DNA of 64,000 nucleotides from an uncultured Chloroflexia bacterium. GTDB taxonomy: Bacteria; Chloroflexota; Limnocylindria; Limnocylindrales; CSP1-4. Every line of letters starts with the position of its first letter. Position 1 is the first letter of the stretch. A program made the position numbers and the translations under genes. The stretch spans positions 8,141 through 72,140 of the forward strand of contig CAVQJC010000014.1 in NCBI GenBank assembly GCA_963712745.1, given 5' to 3'. Positions 1 to 10,565 of the stretch are shown here, piece by piece. The notes under the pieces are model-generated. The model was given only the letters and a program-made list of their open reading frames with translations. It had not been told where the DNA came from and did no database searches.

Positions 1-884
1 GCTAAGGAACGGCGTGGGAACACCGGTGGCCTCACCCATGTAGCGCAGGGCCGCGGTGTCCTTGGGCAGGCAGCTGCCGCCGTAGCCGATGCCGGGGCGG
101 AAGAAGTGACTGCCGATGCGATCGTCCTGGGCCACGCCGTCCACGACCTCGTCGACGTCGACGCCCATCGGACTCGCACAGCTGGGCGATCTCGTTGATG
201 AAGGAGATGCGCGTGGCGAGGAAGGTGTTGGCGACGTACTTGATCATCTCCGCCGTCCGGCGGGTGGTCAGCACCACCTCGCCCGGCAGGCCGCGATAGA
301 GGTCGGCCACCGCCTGCGGCATCGTCGTGGGTCCGCGGCACCAACGACGATGCGGTTGGGCTCGAAGAAGTCACGGACCGCGCGACCCTGCTGCAGGAAC
401 TCGGGGTTGGAGACGATCGATCGGCTGCGCGTGACCTTCGCGGGTCTCACGGCAGAGGATGGTCTCGAGCATGTCGCCGGTGCCGATCGGTGAGGTCGAC
501 TTGTTGACGACGATCGGTCCGGTGCCGTTCAGCGAGCGAGCCACCGAGTGGGCCGCGGCACGGAGGTTGCGCAGGTCGGAAGCTCCGCCCAGCGTCTGGG
601 GCGTGTCGACCGCCAGGAAGATGAACTCGGCCTCGGGGACGGCCTCCTCGTAGTCCGTCGTGAAGCGGAGCCGCTCGGCGGCGACGCCTTCGGCGATGAG
701 CTGGGGCAGGCCGTCCTCCTGGACGCGCAGGACGCCGCGGCCGAGCTCATCGACGAGCTCGGCGTCCTTGTCGACGCCGGTGACCTGGTGACCGAGGTGC
801 GCGAAGCCGGCGGCCATGACCAGGCCGACATGCCCGCAGCCGACGATCGGCGATCCGACGAGCGGGTGACCTGCTGACGTCCAC
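1..884 (-). CDS. ugd: UDP-glucose/GDP-mannose 6-dehydrogenase (frameshifted; runs off the left edge)
   Basis: Motifs IVGCGHVGL (Rossmann), [23 protein letters not shown] and [21 protein letters not shown] are spread over ORFs 371-961, 268-450 and 32-322. Probable GTG start at 884, with frameshifts near 850, 440 and 320. Confidence 0.9.
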
Positions 885-964
885 GTCAAGCGAGAGGTAC
901 ACGAAGCGAGCCTCCTCTGGCAGTAGTCCAACGATCCGAATCCGATGACTCGGCACGGCAAAAA

Positions 965-1023
965 TCGGTTGACAGGCTGTTATCCCGGTTAACGCGGGTT
1001 TAACCCGGTTAACAATCTGTTAG
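965..1023. promoter_or_regulatory. Helically phased GTT/GGTTAAC repeats upstream of ugd (probable regulator-binding array)
   Basis: GTT cores at 968, 979, 988, 998, 1008 and 1019 (about 10-bp period); CCGGTTAAC occurs twice; the patch is AT-rich relative to the window. Confidence 0.5.
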
Positions 1024-1093
1024 AGGAAAGGAAGGACGAAAGGGTTGCATCCGATGCCCAGAAACCTGCCGGAGGGACTCCCGCGGAGCGGCC

Positions 1094-2266
1094 CTAGGAA
1101 GCCTGGAGCTTCTCGGTTTCGCCCTTCTCCTGGGACTTGGCCCTCTGCGCATTGGCCTGAGCCTTGCCGTCCGGTTCCGGCTGACCGTTCACCGACGAGC
1201 TCGCGTCCGTCGGGGACCGACCCTTCGACTCCTGTTCGGGCTACTTCTCAGCCTTGCCCGTGGCCTGGAAACCGCTGCTGGCCTTCGGCTGGGCCTGGGC
1301 CTTCGGCTGGGCCTGGTCCTGCTGCCGAGCCTGCGCCTTGGGCTCGGACCTGGGCGGCGTCGGGGGACCGGCGACCGGACCGGCGCCCGTCCGTGACCTG
1401 GCGTCGGCCTGGGACTTCGGCTTGGTCGCGGTCTTGGTCGTGGCCTTCTGTGTCGCGGACTTGGCCCTGGCATCGGCTTTGGCCTTGGGTGCCTGGGTCT
1501 TGGCCTTCTGTGTCGCGGCGTTGGTCCTGGCCTTCTGAGCCGGCGTCTTGACCTTGGCCTTCCGTGACTTGGCGTTGGCCTGGGACTTCGTCTTGGCGAT
1601 CTGCGTCCCGGTCTTGGCCTTGTTTGACTTCATCCTGTCCCGCGCCGCCGTCTTGACCTGAGCCGCCGGCGCTGCCTTCGAGGCCGACCGGGACTTGCCC
1701 GCGCCGACATCGGCCGTCGATGCGGGCTGGTCCTTGGATGTGGCCCTGGCGTTTGCTTGCGCGGGTGCGTCGACGACTGGCGAGACCGGCCCGGGCGCAG
1801 GTTGCTGGATGAGACCGGGGCCGGGTTCCGGGAACGTCACGACCGCTGTCAGCGTCTCGGGGCGGAACCACGCGTCGGCGGCGACACGGTGCTGAACATC
1901 GACTGCGCCATGCGCCCTGCCGGCTCGATGACTTCCGTCGCGACCACGCCGGCGGCGGCTAGAACGCCGGCACTGCCCACGCTCGCCACGAGTAGAGCGA
2001 CGCACGACGGTGGTCAGGGCCTGCAGCCGAACCAGCGACGTGGTGCGTGGCGCGGCGGCAGTCGCGACGTTCTGCCAGAACGTGCGCCAGATGGTGACCG
2101 CATCCCCGAACCGGATCGCGGCACGGAAGCGACGCGGAGCAGTGGACGGCGGCTCACGATCGATGCGCTGCTGGATGCGCTCGGCGAGCCCGACGGGCGG
2201 CACCACCGGCGTCGCTGTGAGATAGCGGTGCAGCAGACTCGACGTCCTGCCGGCTGGCTGACTCAT
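1094..2266 (-). CDS. Putative anti-sigma/membrane protein with Lys/Ala/Thr/Gln-rich low-complexity tail (frameshifted)
   Basis: Start overlaps the ECF sigma stop (ATGA). N-terminus PPVGLAERIQQRI resembles an anti-sigma helix. A hydrophobic helix (VALLVASVGSAGVLAAAGVV) lies in a shifted frame near 1930-2000. The K/A-rich frame has high GC3. Coding-like sequence continues past 1241 in another frame to a TAG at 1094. Confidence 0.55.
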
Positions 2267-2984
2267 GCGGGGCCGTCCTCGAGGATCTCGCGTAGTCGCT
2301 TGAGGCCACGATGCAGCTGGGCCTTGACGGTCCCCTCCGGACGCCCGGTCGTCTCGGCGATCTCCAGGATCGAGAGCTCCCCGAAGTAGCGCAACGAAAC
2401 GACGTGACGGTACAGCTCGGGTAGCTGCTGGACCGCAGCCCGAACATGGGCCCGCTCCTCAGCGTGCATAGCCTCCGCCATCGGGTCGCGGGCCGCATGC
2501 GGGATGGACAGGGCTGCGTCGGTCGAGTGGCGTCGTGGCGCGCTCGCCGCCGCGATCGGTCGGCCGACCGTCGCCAGGCTTCACGAATGGCGATGCGCGT
2601 CAGCCAGGCGGCCGGATGGCCGTCACCACGGAACGCACCCAATGCCCGATACGCCAGCACGAAGGTCTCCTGCGTCGCCTCTTCCGCATCTTCCACCCGA
2701 CCGAGCACTCGATAGCACGTTCGGAAGACCCTCGGCGTCTCCCGTTCGACGAGGAACTGGAAGGCCCTTCGGTCCCCGGCCACGAGGGCCTGGGCGAGGG
2801 CGTGGTCGGCCTCGTCAAGGATGAGGCGTCCGGGGCCCGCAGAGGTTGCACGCAGACCGTCGCGATCGCGCGCCGGTCGACCCCTGAAGGCCGCGCGGAC
2901 TCGTCTGTCATCGCCGGACTCTCGAGCCCGATCGAAGGCGGAGGCCGGGTCGGAGGGTGGGTCGGCGAAACGCATGGACAGCAA
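2263..2984 (-). CDS. ECF RNA polymerase sigma-70 factor (frameshifted; true start probably near 2820)
   Basis: Region 2 (GDRRAFQFLVER...DAEEATQETF...AWLTRIA) is in ORF 2154-2984; region 4 (LPELYRHVVSLRYFGELSILEIA...GTVKAQLHRG) is in ORF 2263-2481. Confidence 0.9.
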
Positions 2985-3348
2985 CGTGGCTCCCGTTCAC
3001 GGGGTATGTACATCTCACGGCGGGGACTGGGGACCACCGCGGGCTCTGCACGGTCGCGCCGTCCGGGAGGGCCTCACCTACACCGTATGAGGGACGATCG
3101 GTACTAAGCAATACCACGTACCGGCGACGAAGCCAAAGCGTTGCCAGAACGCAACGGCCAGCGCGCCTGCGTCGCGAGGTCGGAACGTTCTGCGTAGAAC
3201 CGCCCGTGTCGGCCAGAGTGGTGCAGCCGGGTCCGGTGCGCTTGATGGGCACTAGTCAGCCGCGGGACCATCGCGGGCCTTCCCGACGACCGTCTGACTG
3301 ACCATAGTCAGGGGCACGGATTACGTATCGGGGAGTCATCCCGCACTC

Positions 3349-3576
3349 ATGTATCTACATCCCAACTCCCAGCCTCGTTCCACCCCTTCGGGGACCGCCT
3401 CGCCGACCCGGACCGCGATCCCGGTCATGGAGAGCCATGACATGCGCGTCGTGGGCCTCGGCCCGGCGTCCGACCAGTTGAGGATGTCCGTCGCCGACAT
3501 GGACGTCGTCCACGTCGCCAGGGCGAAGGTCGACATCAGGATGTGCCCGGTCTGCCCGGTGCCGCATCCCGCCTAG
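3349..3576 (+). CDS. Small hypothetical protein with C-terminal CPVCPVPH motif
   Basis: 75 aa, high GC3, GGGAG upstream, followed by a hairpin. Confidence 0.45.
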   Translation: MYLHPNSQPRSTPSGTASPTRTAIPVMESHDMRVVGLGPASDQLRMSVADMDVVHVARAKVDIRMCPVCPVPHPA

Positions 3577-3648
3577 GCCAGACTCACCGCGACAGGCCAG
3601 CTTCGCGGCGATCGGCCAGCCACCAACAACCAGCCAGCGAACGACGAG

Positions 3649-3675
3649 GGCCCCGGAGCAGATCCGGGGTCTTGT
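3649..3675. terminator. Hairpin between convergent genes
   Basis: CCCCGGA-gcaga-TCCGGGG followed by tcttgt. Confidence 0.45.
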
Positions 3676-3676
3676 C

Positions 3677-4342
3677 CTACCCGCCGGAATCGAGGTAGGC
3701 CAGCACCGCCAGCACGCGACGGTGCCCGTCTGTGGAGCCCGGCAGGTCGAGCTTGCCGAAGATGCTGCTGATGTGCTTCTCGGCCGCGCCCTCGGTGATG
3801 GTCAGCAGCTCGGCGATGCCCGCGTTGGTGCGCCCCTCGGCCATGGCCGCGAGCACCTCTCGCTCACGCGGCGTGAGGGCGGCCAGCCGGTCGTCGCGGC
3901 GGCGCTGGACCATCAGCTGCGCGACCACCTCCGGATCGAGCGCGGTGCCGCCCCCGGCCACGCGCCGCAGGGCATCGGTGAAGTCGCGCACGTCGGCCAC
4001 GCGGTCCTTCAGCAGGTAGCCCACGCCGCCGGCACCATCGGCCAGCAGCTCCGAGGCGTACTGCGCTTCCACGTACTGGCTGAGCACGAGCATGGGCGAA
4101 CCGGGCACCAGGCGTCGCGCCTCGATGGCCGCGCGCAGGCCCTCGTCACGCTGGGTCGGCGGCATGCGCACATCGACCACCGAGACGTCCGGCCGATGCT
4201 CGACCACGGCCGCCACCAGCGAGGGACCGTCGCCCACCGCGGCCACCACCGTGCCCACGCCATCCTCGATGAGCCGCACCAGTCCTTCGCGCAGCAGTAC
4301 CGAGTCCTCCGCGATGGCTACTCGAAGCGTCGCCTGTTCCAT
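3677..4342 (-). CDS. NarL/LuxR-family response regulator
   Basis: REC domain (IAEDSVLLREGL, VDVRMPP, YLLKD) plus LuxR HTH (LTPREREVLAAMAEGRTNAGIA). Confidence 0.95.
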   Translation of the reverse strand: MEQATLRVAIAEDSVLLREGLVRLIEDGVGTVVAAVGDGPSLVAAVVEHRPDVSVVDVRMPPTQRDEGLRAAIEARRLVPGSPMLVLSQYVEAQYASELLADGAGGVGYLLKDRVADVRDFTDALRRVAGGGTALDPEVVAQLMVQRRRDDRLAALTPREREVLAAMAEGRTNAGIAELLTITEGAAEKHISSIFGKLDLPGSTDGHRRVLAVLAYLDSGG

Positions 4343-4391
4343 GCCCCGATGATGCCCGAGCGCGAGCGCCGGGACTTGCCCGAACGGCCGG

Positions 4392-4409
4392 GGTAGGGCT
4401 AACCCCACC
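4392..4409. promoter_or_regulatory. Imperfect palindrome, probable binding site of the adjacent response regulator
   Basis: GGTAGGGCTAACCCCACC (7 of 9 pairs) in the divergent intergenic region; -10-like TAGCGT at 4478. Confidence 0.5.
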
Positions 4410-4562
4410 CCCAGGACACCCGCCAGCCCATCCCCAGGACTCCCGCTGCCCGGATTGGAGCGGACGGCGCACAGCCCTAGCGTCGTACCTGCCCAACACA
4501 CCGATCGCGGCCCTCCCCGGCCGCGGCACTCACACCATCACACCACGAGAGGGAAGTTGACG

Positions 4563-5729
4563 ATGACCCTGCTACGCGACCTGGGGCGCCGGAGGCTCCG
4601 CACCACGCTCACCATCCTCGGCATCACCATCGGCATCTGGGCCCTGGTGGTGTTCGGGTCGATGGCCAACAAGATCAACGCCATCGTCGACGGCGGCAGC
4701 CAGTTCTACTCGGACAAGGTGACCGTCGCAGCGCGCGGCTCGGGCATGGGCTTTGGCCAGCCGCTCGACATCAGCACGGTCGAGACGATCGAGGCCATCG
4801 ACGGCGTGGCACTGGCAGTGCCCTCGATCGGCATGCCCATCGAGGACGAGATGTCCGGCGCTGGCCTGGGCATGGAGTACATCTCCGGCCAGGTGGCCGG
4901 CGCCGACCAGGGCCTGGAGAGCTACCAGCTCAACATCGCCACCGGTCGCGAGCTGACGGCGGCCGACGAGGGCTCCTACGTCACGGTCCTCGGCTCCGAC
5001 ATCGCGCGCCAGTACGGCGCCTCGGTCGGCAGCACGGTCGACATCCGCGGCCGGGGCTTCGAGGTCGTGGGCATCCTGGAGCCCACCCTGACCATGCCCG
5101 ACAGCTCCGCGATGATGCCGCTGGCGGCAAGCCAGGAGCTGTTCGTGGGCATGATCCCCACGATGTTCGCCGACGAGCTCGATCCCGCCGAGGTGGTCAG
5201 CGGCCTCACCGTCTACCCCCAGCGCGGCGTCGACCCCGAGGCGCTGGCTGAGACCATCCGCGCGGCCGAGCCGACGCTGGAGGTCATGTCCGGCTCCGAC
5301 TTCGACGAGCAGATCGGCTCGGCCACGGCCATCTTCAACGCCATCCTCGTGGGCATCGCCCTCCTCAGCCTGGTCGTCGGCGGCCTCTCGGTCATCAACA
5401 CCATGGCCATGTCCGTGGCCGAGCGCACCCGCGAGATCGGCATCAAGCGCGCCATCGGCGGCAGCCGCAGCCGCATCGTGGGCGAGCTGGTGGCCGAGTC
5501 CGCCCTCATCGGCTTCCTCGGCGGCGTGATCGGCCTGGCCGGCGGTGCCATGGTCGCCATCATCGGCAACGAGCTGGGCCGAGAGTCGGGCTTCCTGCTC
5601 TTCATGCTCACGCCCTCGACCGCCATCACCGCGGTGCTCTTCTCGACCGGCCTGGGCGCTGTCGCCGGCCTGGTCCCGGCCCTGCACGCGGCGCGCCTCG
5701 ATCCGGTCGCTGCCCTGCGCTACGAATGA
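4563..5729 (+). CDS. ABC transporter permease, MacB/FtsX family
   Basis: LRTTLTILGITIG, INTMAMSVAERTREIGIKRAIG, AARLDPVAALRYE. Confidence 0.95.
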   Translation: MTLLRDLGRRRLRTTLTILGITIGIWALVVFGSMANKINAIVDGGSQFYSDKVTVAARGSGMGFGQPLDISTVETIEAIDGVALAVPSIGMPIEDEMSGAGLGMEYISGQVAGADQGLESYQLNIATGRELTAADEGSYVTVLGSDIARQYGASVGSTVDIRGRGFEVVGILEPTLTMPDSSAMMPLAASQELFVGMIPTMFADELDPAEVVSGLTVYPQRGVDPEALAETIRAAEPTLEVMSGSDFDEQIGSATAIFNAILVGIALLSLVVGGLSVINTMAMSVAERTREIGIKRAIGGSRSRIVGELVAESALIGFLGGVIGLAGGAMVAIIGNELGRESGFLLFMLTPSTAITAVLFSTGLGAVAGLVPALHAARLDPVAALRYE

Positions 5730-5782
5730 CCGACACCCGATACCCGACAGACCGAGCCATCCAACGACGAAAGGAAACCGAC

Positions 5783-6547
5783 ATGACCAGCAACGTGCTC
5801 ATCGAAGGGCGAGACCTGCGCAAGACCTATCAGCTGGGCAAGCGAGCGGCCGTCCCAGCCCTGCGCGGCGTGGACGTCAGCATCGCCGAGGGCGAGATGG
5901 TCGCCATCATGGGCCCCTCCGGCTCGGGCAAGTCCACGCTCATGCACATCCTGGGCCTGCTGCACGCACCGGAGGCCGACGGAGGCCCGCGGCCCGAGCT
6001 GTGGTTCGAGGGTCGGGACATGACCCGCCTGGGCGAGTCCGAGCGCACCCGCATCCGTGCCAAGCGCATGGGCTTCGTGTTCCAGTCGTTCAACCTGGTG
6101 CCCACCCTGACCGCGATGGAGAACGTGGCGCTCGCCTGCGACTATGCCGGCATCAAGGGCACGCCCGCACAGGCGGCGGCCGAACACGCGCTGCGCCTGG
6201 TGGGCCTCGATGACCGGGCCGGCCACCGCCCCGCGGAGCTCTCCGGCGGCGAGCAGCAGCGCATCGCCACCGCGCGTGCCCTGGTCAACCGCCCCTCGCT
6301 CATCCTCGCCGACGAGCCCACCGGCAACCTCGACTCCGTGCGCGCGCGGGAGGTCCTGGGCCTGTTCCGCCGCTTCAACCGCGAGCACGGTCAGACCATC
6401 GTGCTGGTGACGCACGACGCCGAGGTGGGCGACGCCTGCGACCGGGTCGTGCACATGCGTGACGGCCTCGTGGCCGAGCACGGCGCCATCACGCTCCCGC
6501 CGGCGGTCGTGAGCGTGCCCGGGGCGGCCATGCCCACCGCGGCATGA
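5783..6547 (+). CDS. ABC transporter ATP-binding protein (LolD/MacB-like)
   Basis: [32 protein letters not shown]. Confidence 0.95.
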   Translation: MTSNVLIEGRDLRKTYQLGKRAAVPALRGVDVSIAEGEMVAIMGPSGSGKSTLMHILGLLHAPEADGGPRPELWFEGRDMTRLGESERTRIRAKRMGFVFQSFNLVPTLTAMENVALACDYAGIKGTPAQAAAEHALRLVGLDDRAGHRPAELSGGEQQRIATARALVNRPSLILADEPTGNLDSVRAREVLGLFRRFNREHGQTIVLVTHDAEVGDACDRVVHMRDGLVAEHGAITLPPAVVSVPGAAMPTAA

Positions 6548-7929
6548 GCCTCGCGGAAGGACACGGGCTTGGTGGTAGGGTCGAGATGATGGACCACAGC
6601 GGGGGCGCGCCCACCGGCGCGACGGGCGGGGCGCGGACTCTCTCCTTGCGCTCGTTCCTGCTGTCCCCGCTCGACCCGGCCACCTGGCGGGCGGCCCTGG
6701 CCATCCTCATCGGCGTGGCCGTCACGGGCATCGGCTTCAACGGCCTCTTCATCATCTGGTCCATCGGCGGCTCGCTGCTGGCCGTGCTCATCGGCATCCC
6801 CATCATCGGCTTCGGCATCGAGGCCATGCGCTACGTCGCGCGAGCCGAACGCTGGCGCATGGAGCTGGTCGACGGCGTGCCCGTCCTGGCCCACCCCTAC
6901 CGGCCCATCGACTACTCGCCCAACGCGCCCTACGGCGACTGGCTGAAGCAGTACGCCGAGGGCCAGTTCCTCGATGCCAGCCGCTGGCGCGACGTGGTCT
7001 ACGCGCTCATCGCCTTCCCGCTCGCACTACTCGAGTTCATCCTCGTCCTGGCGCTGTGGGCGGTGGTCCTCGGCCTCGTCATCGGCACCATCACGCTGCT
7101 CAGCGGCGCGGCCGCCACGTACGAGCCGGTTCCGCCCATCGCGCCGGTCGTCACCACGGTCATGGCCCTCGCACTCCTGCCCGTGGCCTCGTTCGTCACC
7201 CGCGGCATGATGGTGGTCCACCGCTCCATCGTGCAGACGCTGCTCTCCGTGGACCCCACCGAGGCCCTGCGCGAAGATGTGGAGCGGCTGCGCGAATCGC
7301 GTTCTGCGGCCATCGAGCTGGAGGCCTCCGAGCTGCGGCGCATCGAGCGCGATCTGCACGACGGCGCCCAGCAGCGGCTGGTGATGCTGGCCCTGGACCT
7401 GGGCCGGGCGGAGGAGAAGATCGACAGCGATCCCGTGGCCGCCAAGCAGCTGGTAGCCGATGCCCGTGAGCAGTCGCGCCTGGCGCTGGCCGAGCTGCGG
7501 GACCTCGTGCGCGGGACGGCACCGTCGATCCTCATCGACCGCGGGCTGGTCGCGGCCGTGGCCTCGATCGCGACCCAGAGCCGGATCGAGACGTTCATCG
7601 ATTCGGGACGCATCGGCGCGCAGCGCTTCAGCCCGGCCGTGGAGCGAGCCGGCTACTTCGCCGCGGCCGAGGCGCTGACCAACGTGGCCAAGCACAGCGG
7701 GGCCAGCCGTGCCGATGTCATCTTCTGGCGAGACACCACTCGCCTCTTCGTGGAGATCTGGGACAACGGCCGCGGTGGCGCCACGCTCACCGGTGAGGGC
7801 GGGCTGGCCGGCCTGCGTGACCGGGTGGCCACCATCGACGGCGCCATCGACGTGGTCAGCCCGCCGGGCGGTCCCACCATGGTGCGCGTGACGTTGCCCG
7901 TGGCGCCACCTCCGGGCCTGCCGCGCTAG
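6544..7929 (+). CDS. Membrane sensor histidine kinase (HisKA_3 type)
   Basis: Four TM segments, ELRRIERDLHDGAQQRL, EALTNVAKHS, DNGRGG. Confidence 0.93.
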   Translation: MSLAEGHGLGGRVEMMDHSGGAPTGATGGARTLSLRSFLLSPLDPATWRAALAILIGVAVTGIGFNGLFIIWSIGGSLLAVLIGIPIIGFGIEAMRYVARAERWRMELVDGVPVLAHPYRPIDYSPNAPYGDWLKQYAEGQFLDASRWRDVVYALIAFPLALLEFILVLALWAVVLGLVIGTITLLSGAAATYEPVPPIAPVVTTVMALALLPVASFVTRGMMVVHRSIVQTLLSVDPTEALREDVERLRESRSAAIELEASELRRIERDLHDGAQQRLVMLALDLGRAEEKIDSDPVAAKQLVADAREQSRLALAELRDLVRGTAPSILIDRGLVAAVASIATQSRIETFIDSGRIGAQRFSPAVERAGYFAAAEALTNVAKHSGASRADVIFWRDTTRLFVEIWDNGRGGATLTGEGGLAGLRDRVATIDGAIDVVSPPGGPTMVRVTLPVAPPPGLPR

Positions 7930-7950
7930 CGAAGGCGCGGATCCCTCCAC

Positions 7951-10419
7951 TCAGACCTGGCCGGCCGGCAGGGCGGTCAGCTGCAGGGGGATGGGCCGCG
8001 GGCTGGGGTGGTCGATGGCCAGCTCCGGCAGGCGCGGCAGGCCGCGCTCATCCTGCTCGTCGGGGGCCGGCGCGGGTGCCTGTGCCACCGGTTCGACCAC
8101 CAGGTTGGTGAGGTCGCGGGGCCGGATGTCGGGTTGCGTCTCCGGCCGCCCCAGCAGGTAGCCCTGGCCCACCGGGATGGCCAGCTGCTGCAGGGCTCGC
8201 AGCTGCTCTGGCGTCTCGACGCCCTCGCCGATGACGACCGAGCCCTGGCGCCAGGCCAGGTCGCGGATCGAGCGCAGCACCGCCCAGGACGCTGCGTGCT
8301 GAGCACCGGACTGGACCAGCGAGAGGTCGATCTTGACGATGTCGAACGGGATCTCGGCAAGCATGCGCAGGCCCGCGCTCCCCGCGCCGACGTCGTCCGC
8401 CGCCAGCCGAAGACCGTACTCGCCCAGGTGGCGGACGTTGTTCGCGAGCCGCTTGATGTCGACGATGGGGTCGCGCTCGGTGAGTTCGAGGATGACGCGC
8501 GAGGGCGAGATCCCGTGCCGGAGCAGGGTGTTGAGCAGCCAGCCCGCGTCGAAGTCCCTGACCTCGAGAGTCTTGGCGGAGAGGTTGATGCTGATGATGT
8601 GATCGGAGCCGATGCCCTTGGCGCCAGCACTGACGGTCTCGAAGCTGGCAAGGTCCAGCTCGACCGTCCGGCCGGTCGCCGCGGCGGCGGCGAACAGGCG
8701 CTCGGGATCGGGGATGGGACCGTCACGCTCGGGGCGGACCAGCCCCTCGAAGCCCAGGACGGCCCCGGTGCGCAGGTCCACGATCGGCTGGTACACCGGC
8801 TTGAACAGCCGTCCGCGGGCGATCTCGTAGACCGCGTTGCCGAGGCCGGCGGGTCCCTGCTTCGTCGGGCAGGCGATCGCGGTCAGGGTCGAAGATCTCG
8901 ACGAACCCGCGCCCGTGGCGCTTGGCCCAGTAGAGCGCGACATCGGCCTGTCGCTGGACCTGGCCGGCCTCGAGAGCGAAGCGCGGTACCGCAGAGATGC
9001 CGCCGGAGAAGGGCGTCGGACGCTCGCCGGTCGGCGGACGCAGGCAGTAGTGCCGCAGGCGACTCGCGGCCTCGGCGGCTTCCTCCGGCTCGGTGTCGGG
9101 CATGAGCACCGCGAACTCGTCGCCGCCGATGCGGAAGAGGCGGTCCGTCGCTCGCAGGGCCTCGCGCATGACCGTGGCCAGGCCGGTCAGGAGGCGATCG
9201 CCCTCGGCGTGCCCCTCCCGGTCGTTCACGACCTTGAGGTTGTCGAGGTCGAGGAGCAGCAGCGCGAACGATGCGCCGTCGCGCTCGGACAGCTGCACCT
9301 GGATGAGCCAGCTCGTCCTGGAAGGCACGGTGGTTGCCCATGCCGGTGAGGCCGTCGTGCAGCGAGTCCTCCCTCGCCTCGCGATAGAGCGTCTCGAGCT
9401 GGTCCTGTGAGTCGCGCAGTTCGCGGAAGGGCGCGATGAGGAGGCGCATGAGCACGAGCACTCCCGATGAGCGCCACGATGCTGACCACGAAGAGCGCCA
9501 GCCAGGTGCCGGTGGTCGCGGGCGATGCCGGCGTGGGCCAGGCCTGGATCATCCCGATACCGGCCGCGGCCACGGTCGGCCAGATGTCGGCCACGCTCGT
9601 CTCCCAACCGACGCGGGCGAGCGCCGCGCCGGTGGCCTCATAGCCCGAGAGGATGCCCTTGGTGTAGATGGCCAGGTCGGCGGGCTGGATGGGCTGTGGG
9701 GCATCCGCCGCGGACGCGCCCGAGCGGCTGGCTCCGGCGACGAGCGTGGAGCTGTCGAGGTCGACCAGGATCGTGGTGGCCGCCGTCCACGGCGTGCGCT
9801 CGAGCAGCGTCTCGAGGTCGATGGCGGCAGAGAGCACGGCCTCGGGACCGCCGCGCCCGGCGATGGGCGTGGCGACGAGCAGCTGTTCGGTCCCGCGCGG
9901 GTGCGAACGCACGATCGTCCCGGTCGACGCCCGGGCCGCAGTGTCGAGCATCGCTCCCTGCGCGCAGGTGGCATTGGGATCCACCACCGCGCGGTCCTCG
10001 GCGATGACGGTCATGCGCCCGTCGGAGACGCGGGCCACGCAGGCGCCGGCCACGATGGACCCGTCGGCGCCTCGAAGGGTGGAGATCGACCGGCGCGCCA
10101 GCTGGCGCGTAGCGCTGCTGCTGGACGATGCGAGACGCGACATGTCCGAGTCGGATGCCAGCGCGGCCAGGCGCACCTCGATGCCCTGGGCGCGCATCAG
10201 CAGGTCGGCCGCAGCGGTAGAGGTCTGCCGAGCACGGGCGGCGGCCAGGGACGTGTCGGGCCCCTGGATGAGGACCGATGCAAGCATGACGCCGACCAGG
10301 GCCGGCACCAGCGCCAGCACGAGCAGTCCGAGCAGGAGACGGCCCTGCATCGCATCGAGCCGCGATCGTCTGCTGTCTACGGTGACGCCGCGCTCGGTAC
10401 GGCTGCGTCGTCGTTCCAT
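7951..10419 (-). CDS. Membrane-anchored GGDEF-EAL c-di-GMP signalling protein (three frameshifts)
   Basis: TM-extracellular-TM region (9226-10419), HDGLTGMGNHRAF (8883-9461), DLDNLKVVND and RIGGDEF (8723-9607), YQPIVDL..FEGLVR, ELTE, DDVGAG and EGVET (7951-8943). Confidence 0.88.
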
Positions 10420-10565
10420 ATCTCTCCGGGGGCGATGTCACCATTCAACCCGAGGGACATCCGTAAGGGGAGTGACCCGTTGCGCCTACACGAGATCCGG
10501 GACGTGACTGACCGCGGTCTGCACCGGACCACACCGCAGTCGACGTTGCGACACTGCGCGGTAGG

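Noticed and set aside
10420-10560. c-di-GMP riboswitch upstream of the GGDEF-EAL gene
   Set aside because: No GEMM consensus elements recognised.
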